DNA from: Acidimicrobiia bacterium
GTDB taxonomy: Bacteria; Acidobacteriota; Vicinamibacteria; Vicinamibacterales; SCN-69-37
NCBI GenBank assembly: GCA_045862915.1
Contig: BTVE01000005.1
Coordinates: forward strand, 21,970 to 85,969
Reading direction: 5' to 3'
DNA: 64,000 nt
In this document: piece by piece, positions 62,508 to 64,000 of the stretch
Position numbering within the stretch: position 1 is the first letter of the stretch
Layout of the letters: each line of letters starts with the position of its first letter
Program-made: the position numbers and the translations under genes
Notes under the pieces: generated by a model
The model's input: only the letters and a program-made list of their open reading frames with translations
Told to the model about the DNA's origin: nothing
Databases searched by the model: none

Positions 62508-64000
62508 GTACGCCGCAGGAGCGCCTGGCCGACCTGGAACGCCGCGCCGAGTTGGGCGGCGGCGAAGACCGGCTGCGGCGTCAACGGGAAGGCGGCAAGC
62601 TCACCGCGCGTGAACGCATCGACCTGCTGTTTGACGCAGGCACGTTCGAAGAGCTCGACAAACTGGTCACGCATCGATGCCGCGACTTCGGCATGGAGAA
62701 GGAACTCATTCCAGGCGACGGCGTGGTGGCCGGGCATGGTCGCGTGGACGGTCGGCCGGTCTACGCATTTGCGCAGGACTTCACCGTGTTCGGCGGGTCA
62801 CTCTCCGAGACCAACGCCGCGAAGATCGTGAAGGTCATGGACCTCGCGATGAAGATGGGTGCGCCGGTCGTCGGACTCAACGACTCGGGTGGCGCGCGCA
62901 TTCAGGAAGGTGTGGTGTCGCTGGGCGGGTACGCCGACATCTTCCTCCGCAACACGCTGGCGTCCGGGGTCGTCCCGCAAATCTCCGCCATCATGGGGCC
63001 GTGCGCCGGTGGCGCCGTGTATTCCCCGGCCATCACCGACTTCAACGTCATGGTTGAAGGCACGAGCTACATGTTCGTGACCGGGCCCGACGTCATCAAG
63101 ACGGTGACACACGAAGAGGTGACCAAGGAAGCGCTCGGCGGCGCGATGACACACAACGCTGTTTCCGGTGTCGCGCACTTCGCGGTGCCCTCCGATCGCG
63201 AATGCATCCTGCTGATTCGCGATCTGCTCGGGTATCTGCCGTCCAACAACCTCGACGATCCGCCACGCAAGCCCACCGAGGATCCGGCCGACCGCGAAGA
63301 CGATGCGCTGGACGCGCTGGTGCCGGTCCAGCCGAATCAGCCGTACGACATGCACGACCTCATTCAGGGGGTCGTCGACGATGGCGTGTTTCTGGAGGTG
63401 CATCAGCACTACGCACAGAACATCATCGTCGGCTTTGCCCGGCTCGGCGGACGGTCGGTCGGCATCGTGGCCAATCAGCCGAAGGTGCTTGCCGGCTGTC
63501 TGGACATCGACGCCTCGGTGAAGGGCGCCCGGTTCGTGCGGTTCTGCGATGCCTTCAACATTCCGCTGATCACGTTCGAGGATGTGCCGGGCTTCCTGCC
63601 CGGTGTGCAGCAGGAACATGCCGGGATCATCCGCGCCGGCGCGAAATTGCTGTACGCGTATGCGGAAGCGACCGTGCCGAAGATCACGGTCATTACGCGC
63701 AAGGCGTACGGCGGCGCGTACTGCGTGATGGCGAGCAAACACATTCGCACGGACTTCAACTACGCCTATCCCACGGCCGAGATAGCGGTCATGGGGCCTG
63801 AAGGCGCGGTCAACATCCTGTATCGCCGTGAGTTGCAGCAGGCCGAGGATCCCGTGGGCCGGCGCGCGGAGCTGGTGTCGGAGTTCCGCGAGAAACTTGC
63901 GAATCCGTTTGTGGCGGCGTCGCGCGGCTACATCGACGAGGTCATCCAGCCGCGCACCACACGCGCGAAGCTGATTGCGGCGCTGGCCAGCTGCGACAAC
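62504..64000 (+). CDS. Acyl-CoA (propionyl/methylmalonyl-CoA) carboxyltransferase beta subunit, truncated by the window end and absent from the ORF track
   Basis: Manual translation: [63 protein letters not shown]. Confidence 0.92.
   Translation, partial: MSTPQERLADLERRAELGGGEDRLRRQREGGKLTARERIDLLFDAGTFEELDKLVTHRCRDFGMEKELIPGDGVVAGHGRVDGRPVYAFAQDFTVFGGSLSETNAAKIVKVMDLAMKMGAPVVGLNDSGGARIQEGVVSLGGYADIFLRNTLASGVVPQISAIMGPCAGGAVYSPAITDFNVMVEGTSYMFVTGPDVIKTVTHEEVTKEALGGAMTHNAVSGVAHFAVPSDRECILLIRDLLGYLPSNNLDDPPRKPTEDPADREDDALDALVPVQPNQPYDMHDLIQGVVDDGVFLEVHQHYAQNIIVGFARLGGRSVGIVANQPKVLAGCLDIDASVKGARFVRFCDAFNIPLITFEDVPGFLPGVQQEHAGIIRAGAKLLYAYAEATVPKITVITRKAYGGAYCVMASKHIRTDFNYAYPTAEIAVMGPEGAVNILYRRELQQAEDPVGRRAELVSEFREKLANPFVAASRGYIDEVIQPRTTRAKLIAALASCDN

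Overview
GC-rich bacterial chromosome segment. Gene content and style suggest Acidobacteriota, possibly Vicinamibacteria-like; this is inference. Most of it is housekeeping: ispG, uvrA, lpxC, lysA, tmk, topA, comF, rsfS-nadD-obgE-rpmA-rplU, dprA-trmFO-xerC, hslVU, transaldolase and a carboxyltransferase. No rRNA, tRNA, CRISPR array or IS was recognised. The standout is a minus-strand cassette at about 7.5-14.2 kb, partly lower in GC. In order it holds: a sigma-54-like promoter; a secreted subtilase ending in 13 copies of TMVWDN; an unannotated 10-codon ORF (MVIRSIIVWS) with its own RBS that echoes the repeat's VW motif; a hairpin; a multi-TM HD-GYP-GAF protein; and a TPR-like sigma-54 activator. 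A peptide ABC importer lies divergently next to it. I infer a candidate peptide-signalling (quorum-sensing-like) circuit. Secondary observations: sigma-54 motifs before dprA, comF, lpxC and others; many -10 boxes abutting start codons; a vapBC pair with a perfect palindromic operator between trmFO and xerC; GTAG-type REPs; and a permease remnant. All calls are by eye from motifs; no database search was run.
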